The notes: generated by a model from the letters alone, not told the origin. Shown: positions 10,097 through 19,919, numbered from the stretch's first letter. The stretch is 64,000 nucleotides of DNA from Candidatus Dojkabacteria bacterium (GCA_016931155.1 JAFGFJ010000006.1:220389-284388); one strand, 5' to 3'. Made by a program: numbers and translations.

Positions 10097-11443
10097 TTAA
10101 TCTTTAAAGGGGAAGTGACGACAGAGTGATATGACCCCTCTGCAAATCTCTTTTATTCTTCCATCATTTTTTACTTTCTGCTGGAATTTCTCAAAATCGA
10201 GCTGGGTATACTTCTTTGCTATCTCTGTTACCTCAGCTATCCATCCTGCAATTATTTTCATTTCTTTTTCTTTCATTCCTCTCGTCGTGAGGGTAGGGGT
10301 GCCAAGTCTCAGCCCGGAAGGATCAGCTGGCGATCTTTGTTCACCTGGGATTGTGTTCATATTTGCAACAATTCCGGCAATGTCCAGGGCACGGGCAAGA
10401 TATTTTCCAAAAATTCCTTTACCAGTAAGATTGATTAGAATAAGGTGTTTGTCTGTTCCTCCAGACACCAGCTCAAATCCGTATTTTTTTAATTCTCCTG
10501 CCATGTACTTAGCATTTTTCACTACCTGTTTTGCGTACATTTTAAAGGAAGGTTTCAGCGCTTCCCCGATCCCAACAGTAATTCCTGCAATGTTGTTGTT
10601 GAATGGTCCTCCTTGAAGGCCTGGCAGAACCGCTCTATTTATTTTTTTAATAATGTCTTTATGTGCAAGAATTATCGCTCCTCTTCCAGACCTCAAAGTC
10701 TTATGAGTTGTCATCGTTACGATATCGGCAATTCCTACTGGAGATCTATTTACTCCTGCCGCGATTAACCCTGCCTCGTGAGCGATATCTGCCATGTAGA
10801 GTGCTCCAACTTTTTTTGCAATTGTTTTCATTCTCTTGTAATCTATCTCCCGAGGATAAGCAGTCCCCCCGGTAATTATTAGATTGGGCTTATATTTGTT
10901 TGCGATTTTTTCTATTTCTTTATAATCAAAAACTTGTGTTTCAGGATTCGTCTTGTATTGTACAGTCTTAAAAATTTTTGAGGTGATATTTACTTTTTTC
11001 TTACCTCCAAGATACACTGGATTATCCGGGTCAGGTTTTTTGTCTGTATCATAAGACCACCCGTGAGAAAGATGTCCTCCATCGGGAAGGTACATCCCCA
11101 TCATGGTATCGCCGGGACTCAAAACTGCGAGATAAACTGAAAGGTTTGCATTGCTCCCAGCAAGAGCTTGAACATTTACATCCCAGTCTCCCGGCAGTTT
11201 GAATAGTTTTTTAATTCTATTGATGGCAAGAGATTCAAGTTCGTCCACATGCTGATTTCCTTCATAATAGCGTGCATTTATATTTCCCTCGGCGTACTTG
11301 TGCATAAAAACTGAACCGACTGCTTCTCTTACAGCTATAGAGAAGAAATTTTCGGAAGGTATCATGGAAAGTTTGCTTTGCTGTCTTCTTTCCTCTTTTT
11401 TTATTATTTTAAAAACCTGCGGGTCACTTTGTTTCAGTTTCAT
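10097..11443 (-). CDS. glyA: serine hydroxymethyltransferase
   Basis: SENF motif (MIPSENFFS) and PLP-lysine block TTHKTLRSGRGAII. 448 aa. Confidence 0.95.
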   Translation of the reverse strand: MKLKQSDPQVFKIIKKEERRQQSKLSMIPSENFFSIAVREAVGSVFMHKYAEGNINARYYEGNQHVDELESLAINRIKKLFKLPGDWDVNVQALAGSNANLSVYLAVLSPGDTMMGMYLPDGGHLSHGWSYDTDKKPDPDNPVYLGGKKKVNITSKIFKTVQYKTNPETQVFDYKEIEKIANKYKPNLIITGGTAYPREIDYKRMKTIAKKVGALYMADIAHEAGLIAAGVNRSPVGIADIVTMTTHKTLRSGRGAIILAHKDIIKKINRAVLPGLQGGPFNNNIAGITVGIGEALKPSFKMYAKQVVKNAKYMAGELKKYGFELVSGGTDKHLILINLTGKGIFGKYLARALDIAGIVANMNTIPGEQRSPADPSGLRLGTPTLTTRGMKEKEMKIIAGWIAEVTEIAKKYTQLDFEKFQQKVKNDGRIKEICRGVISLCRHFPFKD

Positions 11444-11486
11444 TGGGGTAATGAATTTAAAAACATAAATGTATAAGTTTGTTTTT

Positions 11487-12452
11487 TCATACTTTTGGTC
11501 TCCAGCTTTCCCTGCTTTTTTCCAATGTTAGCAAATTTTTGAAAAGCATTGCGACTGTGAGTGGTCCGATTCCGCCAGGGACTGGAGTGAGCCAACTGGC
11601 TTTTCCTATAACTGATTCCTTCTCAATATCACCAGCAACTCCTTCAGCTGTTTTGTTTATTCCTATATCGATTACAATTGCTCCCTTTTTTATCATATCT
11701 CCTTTTAGGAATTTCTGTACTCCCGTTCCGGAAATAACAATGTCTGCTCCTTCCGTAACCTTCTTAATATCTCTCGTTTTTGAGTGAGCGACAGTTATGG
11801 TTGCATCAAGATTTATCAATGCGGCAGCTAGAGGTTTCCCGACAATATCTGATCTGTTTACTATTGTAATGTTTTTACCGCAAAGGGCTTTCTTTAAATT
11901 CTTTGTTTGAAAAATCTCTTCCAAAGAAGCAAGTACGGCTTTGGGTGTTGCCGAAAGCAAGGACTTTGGAGAATCGTGAAAAACCATTCCTAGGGTAGCA
12001 GAGGAAAGACCATCAGCGTCTTTGCCTGGATCAATTTTTGAAAAAATTTCTTTTATTGTCATCCAGTAAAGATTATCTTTCTTGACTGAGCTATCTTTTT
12101 TGAAATCAACTGGTCTGACATCTTTTAGAGTATCCAACTCAAGTGATTCTTTGGGTATTGGCATTTGGATAATGTAGCCTGTTGTCTTGTTATCCTTATT
12201 AAGGTTATTGATAAGCATGAACAACTGACTTGTCTTGATCTGTGGGAATCTATGGACTTTAACAGGTACCCCGATTTCTTCACCCTTCTTCTTTTTCAAG
12301 TCAACGTAGAGATGACTGCTTTTGACATTCCCAATAATGATAATGTCAAGATGAGGTTTGTAATTGTTCTCTGAAAGTTCAACTTTTAATTCCTTAAAAA
12401 TTGCTTCAGAAAGAGCTTTCCCATCTAATATCTTTGTCTCCATTCGTTGCAA
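11487..12452 (-). CDS. folD: bifunctional 5,10-methylene-THF dehydrogenase / methenyl-THF cyclohydrolase
   Basis: N-terminal ILDGKALSEAI...IIIGNVKSSHLYVDLKKKKGEEIGV and the NAD(P)-binding region ITIVNRSDIVGKPLAAAL...ATITVAHSKT. Carries an internal insertion relative to typical FolD. Confidence 0.85.
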   Translation of the reverse strand: MQRMETKILDGKALSEAIFKELKVELSENNYKPHLDIIIIGNVKSSHLYVDLKKKKGEEIGVPVKVHRFPQIKTSQLFMLINNLNKDNKTTGYIIQMPIPKESLELDTLKDVRPVDFKKDSSVKKDNLYWMTIKEIFSKIDPGKDADGLSSATLGMVFHDSPKSLLSATPKAVLASLEEIFQTKNLKKALCGKNITIVNRSDIVGKPLAAALINLDATITVAHSKTRDIKKVTEGADIVISGTGVQKFLKGDMIKKGAIVIDIGINKTAEGVAGDIEKESVIGKASWLTPVPGGIGPLTVAMLFKNLLTLEKSRESWRPKV

Positions 12453-12510
12453 AGGATACTTGATTAAACTAGAATGGATTTTAACTTAACGCATAAATAC
12501 TTGCAAAGGG

Positions 12511-13959
12511 ATGAAAAAAACTTTTGACATAAAGTTGAGTAAATCAGATTGTTTTAGTTTCAATGTTATTTATCCCAACTTTAATAGGGAGGGGTTGGCG
12601 GCACTTTTTCCGATTCTTGACTGGATCGTGTGGGTTGCCTCTTTTTTATTCTTTTTGAAACTTTTTGGGACTCAGAATTATGCATTCAGCATAATAAATG
12701 AGCAATCAACTCTTTCAAATCTTTACACATTTGTAGTGGTTTTGTTTGCTGTGCAGCTTGTGAGATTTATTATTGGAGGAATTGGTCATTATCCTAAAAC
12801 AGCTTTTGATGTTGCCGTTCTTGTCTTTGTTGCGGCTGTTGTGATTTCAATATTGCTCTCAAGTTCCCAAAGCAGTTCAGTCTTTGGGGTAGAAGGAGTT
12901 AAGATTTTCAGTGGGGTCAGTAATTTTGCATTATTACTTCTCTACTACCTGCTTGTTTCCCAGACAATAACTTCAACTTTTATCTCCTTGAGGAGTATTT
13001 TGTTTTTTACAATTATTCCATTTTTGTTATCTTCACTCAATATTGTGGGGTACTCACTTCAGGGGATAGAGTTGGGTCAGAATGCGAATTATGTCCTCTT
13101 TCTGTTTCCTTTATTTTTTCTTATCTTTCTATCTTCGAAAAGTGCGATTTTAAAAACTATTTCTTTTGTAGTAACAGCTGCTGCGATATTGATTGTTAAT
13201 TTCAATTCGTACTATATTTCTCTTTCGCTATTCATATCTATTTTTATTTCCACGATAATTTTTCTTGGGCTGAGAAGTGATTATGTATTTACTTATCTTG
13301 TTTCATTATGTAAGGATTTGAAGGGTTTATTTAAGAATAAGGGAGTTGTTTTTAGTACTTTTTTAAAAAGAAATTGGAAAATTCTTCTGTTTGTTCCTGT
13401 CTATTTGTACCTTTTTATTGGGAGTACAGTGAATACTGTTGAATTTTACACTCTAGTTTATTTTGAAAAATTTAAGAGTAATTTTAATTCTGTGAAGATA
13501 AGTCTTTCTGGAATAAAAGAATTGCTATTTGGAGTTGGTCTTACTGAGCCTTCCGAAGCCTTCGTTCCCAGGATCTTTGTCAGTTATGGTCTTTTGGGGG
13601 TAGTGGGTTTGGTTCTATTGGTTTCTCTGTTTGCATACTATTCGGTCAGAGCAATCAGGGCATTGAAAACAGACTTCGAACAAATTGCGATTCTGGCTGG
13701 TTCTTTCACTGGAGTTTTGATGATTATTATTTTCGGTATTTTTGTGGAGCTTCCTGCTCCACTTTATATTCTTTTTTGGTTGTTTATAGGTATTGGAGGT
13801 ATTGTTTCGACCAAAGCTTTATACAAACAAAAATATAAATATGACTCTGTCACTGTGATAAAAAGAGGAAAGTATAAAAATATATTAAATGAGCTTCGCT
13901 ATATTGGTTTGATAATTATTCTAGCAGGATCCGTTTTTTTAATTCAGTCTTTATCTTAG
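12511..13959 (+). CDS. polytopic integral membrane protein (>=10 TM), possibly an O-antigen ligase/polymerase-like protein
   Basis: Almost entirely hydrophobic helices with one larger loop. Functional guess from topology only. Confidence 0.35.
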   Translation: MKKTFDIKLSKSDCFSFNVIYPNFNREGLAALFPILDWIVWVASFLFFLKLFGTQNYAFSIINEQSTLSNLYTFVVVLFAVQLVRFIIGGIGHYPKTAFDVAVLVFVAAVVISILLSSSQSSSVFGVEGVKIFSGVSNFALLLLYYLLVSQTITSTFISLRSILFFTIIPFLLSSLNIVGYSLQGIELGQNANYVLFLFPLFFLIFLSSKSAILKTISFVVTAAAILIVNFNSYYISLSLFISIFISTIIFLGLRSDYVFTYLVSLCKDLKGLFKNKGVVFSTFLKRNWKILLFVPVYLYLFIGSTVNTVEFYTLVYFEKFKSNFNSVKISLSGIKELLFGVGLTEPSEAFVPRIFVSYGLLGVVGLVLLVSLFAYYSVRAIRALKTDFEQIAILAGSFTGVLMIIIFGIFVELPAPLYILFWLFIGIGGIVSTKALYKQKYKYDSVTVIKRGKYKNILNELRYIGLIIILAGSVFLIQSLS

Positions 13960-14088
13960 ATAAACTATAGTCCTTTTTTATTCTTTAATAATACCGAAAC
14001 GTTGTAGAAATGTGGTTGAATTATTTGGCTGATTGAAAAATTATTTAGTTATATCTATACTATTTGTGCTTATTATTCTTTTAGCTTT

Positions 14089-14709
14089 ATGAAATTTGCA
14101 GATGTAGTTATCGTAATTCTTTCTATTGCTATTGTAATTGTTGTTGGATATGTTGGATGGACATTTCTGACATTGCCTGATTCTGCAACTATTGCAAATA
14201 CAAATCCTATTGAAGAGGAAAACTCTGGTGAGCCAGAGAAGTTTGATTTTGAAGAGTGCAATGTCTCTCTGTTAAAAAATAAACTATGGACTCCACAATA
14301 TGAGAATAAAACAAAATTAATACTTGCGAGGGGTGATTATAGTTTGGTGATAACATGTAATCAGGAAATAATTTCTGGAGGATCAATAGAATACTACGAT
14401 CTTCAGGATATCATAATAGGAGAAGAAACATACCAAAAGATTACAGTTTATACAGATGAGAAAAAAGATTTTATTAGAGAAGTACGTTTCACCGATAAAT
14501 TAGAAAGCAATGATGTGTTAACTGGTACGAATAATGCAATATCTAGCAAAGACATATTAGGAATTAAGGTTAATGATAATAAATACTATATATATTATGA
14601 GTTTGTTGATTATATGAAGGATAAGGTTTATGTAAAGAGTGAAATGGTCATAAGTATTATTAATGAGATGGATGAGATAGTAAAAAGTATAAATTTTATA
14701 AACAGATAG
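14089..14709 (+). CDS. membrane-anchored hypothetical protein
   Basis: N-terminal TM (VVIVILSIAIVIVVGYVGWTFL). Stop abuts the start of the next surface-protein gene. Confidence 0.45.
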   Translation: MKFADVVIVILSIAIVIVVGYVGWTFLTLPDSATIANTNPIEEENSGEPEKFDFEECNVSLLKNKLWTPQYENKTKLILARGDYSLVITCNQEIISGGSIEYYDLQDIIIGEETYQKITVYTDEKKDFIREVRFTDKLESNDVLTGTNNAISSKDILGIKVNDNKYYIYYEFVDYMKDKVYVKSEMVISIINEMDEIVKSINFINR

Positions 14710-17127
14710 GTGAAAAAAGGTAGAATTATTGCAGCACAGATAGTGATATTGTTTTTGGGGGTTTCCATGGCAATAATAGGACATAGTATGAGGACGAGTC
14801 TGGCTCCTGGAGCCGGTAAAGCTCAGACATGTGGTGCTGGTTGTTGTCCGGATGGTTGGTGTTATGGGGAGGATACAAATTATCCAGATTGGAGTGATTG
14901 CAGTGCCAGGGCATGGGATGCCTGCAGGAATCATCAGGGCAGTTGTTTATGCGATGGATGGGCTGCATGTGGAAGCACACATTGCAATACGGATCAGGGA
15001 GTAAAGTATTATTGCAATAATCGTTCCTGGCAGAATACAGGTCAACCCTGTGGTAGCCCTAGTAGTAGTAGCAGCAGCAGTAGTAGTAGCAGCAGTAGTG
15101 GAGGAGAATCGTGTAGGTATTATTCGTGCAATTTTCAGATAGTAAATGGACAGATTGTACCGGGATTTTGTGGTACTGATTATCCTGCAAAAGATCCTTG
15201 TTCGTTAAATCAGACAATATATTGTAGCAACAATACGGATTGTGGCACTGGTTGCTGTAAAGACGGAGTATGTGGAGTTGGCTGTACTTCTACCTGTAGT
15301 AAAAAAAGTGACTGCTGTATTGGTTTGGATTTGTCGAGTTGTACAGTGGAATGCACAAATGGTGTATGTATCGGTTCTGGAGGTCAGGAGCCTACTCCTA
15401 GATGTGGGGATGGAGTATGTGGTAGTACAGAAAGTGCGGCAACATGTCCTTCAGATTGTCCTGGAACTCCGGGGACACCGGGGGGTGAAGATGGAGGAAC
15501 ACAAACGGGAACTGTGATAGCTTGTAGTTCAAACAGTCAGTGTCCAGCAGCTGCTCCAACATGTAAAAATGGTGTTTGTGTTCTAAATATTACTGGAGAT
15601 GCCGATGGAGTTTGTCCGGCAGGTTATACAAATCTGCCAAAATCTGCTGATGTAGTCAATGGAAACTGGGACATTATCTGTATTTTGGGAGTTCCTGGGG
15701 TTATATCAGGTTTTCAACCTGAAAATTCTGCTTGTGTGCTGGGTACTAGGACTGCCTGCGGCTCTGGGTGCAACTCGTCGAAACAGCAACAGATATGTTA
15801 TGTAACAGGTTGGAGTGAATGTGTGGGTACTGATGCTTGTGCTCCAACAATACAGCCGGGAATTCCTTGTGATAATCTTTCTCGATATAGCGAAGGGGAA
15901 CCAAGCAAAGGAGCATTTGTGGGATGTCAGGGAACAAAGAATTGTTTTTGCCAGGTAAATAGCACATTAGGTCAGGCTGGAGGACTGACAGGTAATGTTG
16001 TTTGCTATGACGATCCTGGAAATGATTCCTGTGGTATATCTGTCCCTGCTGAAGTTGTACCTTCAACCTCTCCTTCACCATCTGTAGTTCCTTCTGGTCC
16101 GGTTCCACCACCGACTATTCCTCCCTCACCTCCACCGGGTGGTGATGCATATTGTGAAAGACTTGATGATAGTCAGACAGAAGACGGGAGCAGGGTGTTT
16201 GCCGTAGTTAGAGGGGAGGACTTTAGTGTAAGACTTTATACAGATGTTGCAACGAGAAGCGGAGGATCTGTTACAAATTACAGGTACAATGCAAGTGACG
16301 GGAGTGTGGATCCAGTAGGAAATACAAGTCAGAGTTATACGGACTACACAATTTCCGGCACGATAACAGCTGCGCTTCCTCTTGGTCTGATAGATGCTGC
16401 TGATGTAATAGTAACAGATAACAATGGGAGAACATCAGGTGGGATAGGAACGCTCTGTTCAGTGAGACTTTATGTTACGGATACACCAGTGGAAGGTCCC
16501 TTCTTTATAATTGAGAAGCTTGCAGGCAGTGTCTGTATAGATGAGCCTCAGAGAGCACTTGTTGGCTATACGATTACTCTGACAAATATTGGAGATACTG
16601 CGGGAACTGTTAATGAAGTTGTTGATACACTTGATAGCAGAATTACTACAAGTATGATATCAAATATAAGTCAGGGGGGGACTTTCAATAGTTCGACGCA
16701 TCAGATCACATGGAATAATAATGGGGCAGGTTTTACGCTTGATCCGGGGGAAGAGATGACGTTTACTTATGAGGTGACCTTTGCTGCAAGTCAGTTCGGA
16801 ACTTATACTAATACTGTAGAAGCTGTTGTTCCGCCTGATATACCGCCGCCTTCTCCGGCAACTGTTACAATTACGACAATTTGTTCAGGTCTTCCGGGGA
16901 CTGCAATCTTCGGTGATTCGATGGATAGAATACTTCTGGGTCTGGTACTTGTTACATTTGGGGCACTAGTCTATAGGCTGGGTATTCACAATCTTCTTGG
17001 TGAGAAATTCAGTATGTCTGAAGTGGGTTTCTTTCTTTCAGGATTAAGCAGGAGGGATAGAGAAGACATAATGAGAAGAAGAAAAGAGAGTCTTGAAAGC
17101 AATCTTTTGAGGAGAAAAAGAAAGTAA
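14710..17127 (+). CDS. Cys-rich cell-surface protein with poly-Ser tract, DUF11 (conserved repeat) domain and a C-terminal LPxTG-like (LPGTA) / hydrophobic / basic-tail sorting-type signal
   Basis: Signal anchor. Repeated CGxGCCxDGxCG modules. S13 tract encoded by (AGY)13. DUF11-like block VGYTITLTNIGDTAGTVNEVVD...TFTYEVTF. C-terminus ...GLPGTAIFG..ILLGLVLVTFGALVY..RRRKESLESNLLRRKRK. Confidence 0.6.
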   Translation: MKKGRIIAAQIVILFLGVSMAIIGHSMRTSLAPGAGKAQTCGAGCCPDGWCYGEDTNYPDWSDCSARAWDACRNHQGSCLCDGWAACGSTHCNTDQGVKYYCNNRSWQNTGQPCGSPSSSSSSSSSSSSSGGESCRYYSCNFQIVNGQIVPGFCGTDYPAKDPCSLNQTIYCSNNTDCGTGCCKDGVCGVGCTSTCSKKSDCCIGLDLSSCTVECTNGVCIGSGGQEPTPRCGDGVCGSTESAATCPSDCPGTPGTPGGEDGGTQTGTVIACSSNSQCPAAAPTCKNGVCVLNITGDADGVCPAGYTNLPKSADVVNGNWDIICILGVPGVISGFQPENSACVLGTRTACGSGCNSSKQQQICYVTGWSECVGTDACAPTIQPGIPCDNLSRYSEGEPSKGAFVGCQGTKNCFCQVNSTLGQAGGLTGNVVCYDDPGNDSCGISVPAEVVPSTSPSPSVVPSGPVPPPTIPPSPPPGGDAYCERLDDSQTEDGSRVFAVVRGEDFSVRLYTDVATRSGGSVTNYRYNASDGSVDPVGNTSQSYTDYTISGTITAALPLGLIDAADVIVTDNNGRTSGGIGTLCSVRLYVTDTPVEGPFFIIEKLAGSVCIDEPQRALVGYTITLTNIGDTAGTVNEVVDTLDSRITTSMISNISQGGTFNSSTHQITWNNNGAGFTLDPGEEMTFTYEVTFAASQFGTYTNTVEAVVPPDIPPPSPATVTITTICSGLPGTAIFGDSMDRILLGLVLVTFGALVYRLGIHNLLGEKFSMSEVGFFLSGLSRRDREDIMRRRKESLESNLLRRKRK

Positions 17128-17164
17128 ATGAGTATGCGGATACAGGAGGTAACCTGGAAGACTA

Positions 17165-17848
17165 CTACAAAAGATAATCCTTCGCAAAATTAAGAATCTC
17201 GGCTATTATAGATACTTTAATTTTCTTATCCTCTTTTATTGGTATCTCAAAATTTAATATCCTGTCAGAAATTTTATTTTCTAATATCCAGTCCCAGAAA
17301 CATCCTCTTTCGGGGATTACCTCGTCTTTCAGTGAAGCATATCCTTCTTTGAGTTGATAACCAAGATACTTGTCCTTTGTATCATCCACTCCTGAGTATA
17401 GCCTTGTGCCTGTGGAAGATAATTTGTTTTTAAAAAACTTTAATTCTCCTTCACTCAAAGATCCGCTGTCATAAAAGTAAAAAGAATTGATGTATTTATC
17501 TTCATGAAAATCAAGGCAAAGTTTAAGATTAAAATCTTTGAGAAATTTCATAATTACGACTGCTTCATTATCGGTTGTGCCTTCAAAAAACTGTCTATTT
17601 AAATCGTTTTTATTTTTATTAATTCTTGTTTTTGCTGTCAGTGCACTTGGGCTTATTGTGGGGATAAATAAAAAAGAGGGTAGTATAGTAAAATTGTTTT
17701 TCAGATAAAATTGCAATAGTTCTATTATTTTATATTCGTCTCCGTGTATTCCTGAGATTATGAGAAGTTTAGGATTTTCCCCGCTCAGGAAATATTTTAC
17801 GGAAGTATTTTTATACTTGAATTTTTTTTGTAGTAGTCTTTTTTGCAT
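17165..17848 (-). CDS. M14-like zinc hydrolase (succinylglutamate desuccinylase / aspartoacylase / MpaA-type) family protein
   Basis: LLIISGIHGDEY (HGxE zinc motif) and a downstream DFHED block. 227 aa. Confidence 0.4.
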   Translation of the reverse strand: MQKRLLQKKFKYKNTSVKYFLSGENPKLLIISGIHGDEYKIIELLQFYLKNNFTILPSFLFIPTISPSALTAKTRINKNKNDLNRQFFEGTTDNEAVVIMKFLKDFNLKLCLDFHEDKYINSFYFYDSGSLSEGELKFFKNKLSSTGTRLYSGVDDTKDKYLGYQLKEGYASLKDEVIPERGCFWDWILENKISDRILNFEIPIKEDKKIKVSIIAEILNFAKDYLL

Positions 17849-17851
17849 AGA

Positions 17852-18036
17852 GGTTTACAATAGAATCTTTTGTGTAAAAATTACGACAGTTTTTTTGTGT
17901 ACTAATTGTCATTAGTTTTTTTGGATAAAAATTTATGATAGTCTCTTTTGTGTAAAAATTTGCAATAGTCTTTTTGCGTGAAAATTTACGTTAATTTTTT
18001 TGCATAAAAGTTTACGATTTTTTCGTTGAGTATAAC
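17852..18036. repeat. seven degenerate head-to-tail ~26-29-bp direct repeats (iteron-like), consensus roughly TTTACnATAGTnTTTTTGTGTAAAAA
   Basis: Units start at 17852, 17881, 17906, 17932, 17959, 17985 and 18011. AT-rich, no intervening spacers. Lies between the M14-like gene and the tRNA-Arg/tRNA-His pair. Confidence 0.7.
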
Positions 18037-18220
18037 ACTTCGAGTATTTTACTATAAAATATCACCAGACTTTCTGTAGTTCGTAAATAATATTTATATG
18101 ATGCACTGTTGCTGAATCTGAATATCCTACTTCGGGACTTCCTTTGAAGCTGAAACCTACAATAATTCGCTCTATTTGTGATAAAATCTCCTTGTTCTTT
18201 GAGAGTAATGGGAGTATAAA

Positions 18221-18293
18221 GCGTGAGTAGCTCAATGGATAGAGCAACTGCCTTCTAAGCAGTAGGTTGTGGGTTCGAGTCCCGCCTCGCGCA
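18221..18293 (+). tRNA. tRNA-Arg (anticodon TCT)
   Basis: Manual fold. Acceptor GCGTGAG/CTCGCGC, D-arm AGCTCAATGGATAGAGC, anticodon stem ACTGC/GCAGT with loop CTTCTAA, T-arm GTGGGTTCGAGTCCCGC. No encoded CCA. Confidence 0.85.
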
Positions 18294-18359
18294 CTTTGTT
18301 TTCTGATCTTTGGAAATAGAAAGTAAGAAAATCCATCTACTTGACGATCTCTTAGAGAT

Positions 18360-18437
18360 GGTGGCTGTAGCTCAGTTGGTTAGAGCTTCGGTTTGTGGAA
18401 CCGAGTGTCGTGGGTTCGAGTCCCACCAGCCACCCCA
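18360..18437 (+). tRNA. tRNA-His (anticodon GTG) with encoded G-1 and encoded CCA
   Basis: G-1 (18360) pairs with discriminator C. Acceptor GTGGCTG/CAGCCAC. Anticodon loop TTGTGGA. T-arm GTGGGTTCGAGTCCCAC. The 3' end is followed by CCA. Confidence 0.85.
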
Positions 18438-19919
18438 ATTTAGACTGCTACTCGTTTCAAAGATGCTATCAAAAGGCTTTTGCATTGTGTAGATTATCTT
18501 TCCAGCTTTATATGACAGGTTCTGAAGTGTAAGTTGAATAATTTCCCTTTTTTCTTCTGGTTCTGAACCTGTAAATAGCTCAAAACTCTTGGAAGCCAAT
18601 TCCAGTAAATAAGAAGCATTTATATAATATTCTTCATCTGCCTGTTCCAAGCGAGCTAATTTATCCTTAAATTCCTGCTGTTCCTGTCTAAAGCGTTTAC
18701 GCAAATTGTCATATTCTTCCTGAGTAATACTACCATCAAGCTTATCTATATAGAGCCTTTCTATTCTACCTTCGAGTTTCTTTATCTGGTTATTATATTC
18801 ATCGAACATTTCGGTATTGAAATTGATTTTACCTTCATGTGCTTCTTTGAGTGTACCAACCATATGCTGTAAATAAGTTTTGGGAATATGCATCTTCTTA
18901 TATATTTCAGAAAACTGCTTAGTAAGGCTCTTTTCTTCTATCCAGATGTCCTCGTGTTTTCCTCTCGCACCTGTGCAGTGATAGTAGATATAAGAATGGA
19001 TGTTCCCGTTTTTTTGCTTCTTGGTGTGTAATTCAGGGGTCATACTGCAACCACACTCTTTGCAGTATATTAAGCCCCTGTAGCTACCATGTTTACCTAC
19101 GAACTTACCTTTGCGATTATTTTTATATCGTCTATTTCTGACACTTTCACACATTTGCCAGACATCTTTAGTAACTAATGTCGCATACTTATGTGGACCG
19201 ATTTCACCATTTAGTTCCCGCATTCCATAATAGAAAGGGTTCTTAAGAATTTTTTCAACTTTACTTTTGTAAATATCTGCATTTATGTCTAACTTAAGTT
19301 TTTGTGATATTTGTAAATAAGAGTAAGAACCAGAGGAGTACCAATCAAATATTTTTTTAACAATCCCAGATTCAAAAGGAAGCACCATAACCCCTGCTTT
19401 TTTAGTATTTTCATCCCTGCAATTCTTATACCCATAGGGTACTCGACCATATACTTCATGAGTTCTTAATTTACTTTGTATAGTATTATGAGTATCTTCC
19501 TGACATCTATTAATATGTTGCTTTGCAAGAAACACTTTCATATCCCAGTCTACTATATCTCTTCCGAAGCTCTTTGAAGTAAGGACAAGCCTATCATCAA
19601 CAAAATGGAGTTCTTTATCAAAATCGATTCTTAGAGAGTCCATTTCAACTGCATCCCTGTAGTTTCTTGTTAATCTATCAACTCGAAAGCCTATGATGGC
19701 TTTTATTTCACTATCAGTCTTAATAAAATCAATCATTTCATCGAATTTCTTTCTCAGTTTCTGACTGGCAGTTTCCTGAAAAACAAACTCCTTTATTACT
19801 TCAAGGTTATTGTCCATGGCGTACTGTCTTAGCTTGGGCAACTGAATTTCCTCGATTGACAATCCCTGTTTTTGTTGTTCTGGGGTAGATACTCTAGCCA
19901 GAATTATTGCTTTTTTCAT
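18372..19919 (-). CDS. large serine recombinase (phage-type serine integrase); last ~22 codons of the ORF are antisense to tRNA-His
   Basis: Resolvase N-domain AIILARVSTPEQ (Ser nucleophile) ... RVDRLTRN. Recombinase domain. Zn-ribbon CKECGCSM...YYHC. Coiled-coil C-region. The ORF stop is supplied from inside the tRNA-His gene. Confidence 0.85.
   Translation of the reverse strand: MKKAIILARVSTPEQQKQGLSIEEIQLPKLRQYAMDNNLEVIKEFVFQETASQKLRKKFDEMIDFIKTDSEIKAIIGFRVDRLTRNYRDAVEMDSLRIDFDKELHFVDDRLVLTSKSFGRDIVDWDMKVFLAKQHINRCQEDTHNTIQSKLRTHEVYGRVPYGYKNCRDENTKKAGVMVLPFESGIVKKIFDWYSSGSYSYLQISQKLKLDINADIYKSKVEKILKNPFYYGMRELNGEIGPHKYATLVTKDVWQMCESVRNRRYKNNRKGKFVGKHGSYRGLIYCKECGCSMTPELHTKKQKNGNIHSYIYYHCTGARGKHEDIWIEEKSLTKQFSEIYKKMHIPKTYLQHMVGTLKEAHEGKINFNTEMFDEYNNQIKKLEGRIERLYIDKLDGSITQEEYDNLRKRFRQEQQEFKDKLARLEQADEEYYINASYLLELASKSFELFTGSEPEEKREIIQLTLQNLSYKAGKIIYTMQKPFDSIFETSSSLNWGGWWDSNPRHSVPQTEALTN

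Noticed and set aside
10131-10616. 161-aa ORF on the + strand (and several similar 60-150-aa ORFs nested in gatB, recJ, glyA, the GT genes etc.)
   Set aside because: They are antisense or out-of-frame inside strongly supported conserved genes and have low-complexity translations. Treated as noise.
17852-18036. Possible CRISPR array
   Set aside because: Units are contiguous, with no unique spacers between repeats. They are degenerate rather than identical, and no cas genes are present. Treated as an iteron-like tandem repeat instead.
18372-18437. C-terminal 22 residues of the integrase ORF as genuine protein sequence
   Set aside because: These codons are the reverse complement of the tRNA-His body. 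The frame simply stays open through the tRNA. Whether they are translated is incidental, and the functional protein probably ends in a low-conservation tail.
18062-18492. ORFs 18062-18247 (-) and 18310-18492 (+) from the six-frame track
   Set aside because: Both lie on top of the tRNA-Arg and tRNA-His genes and have no coding signal. Spurious.
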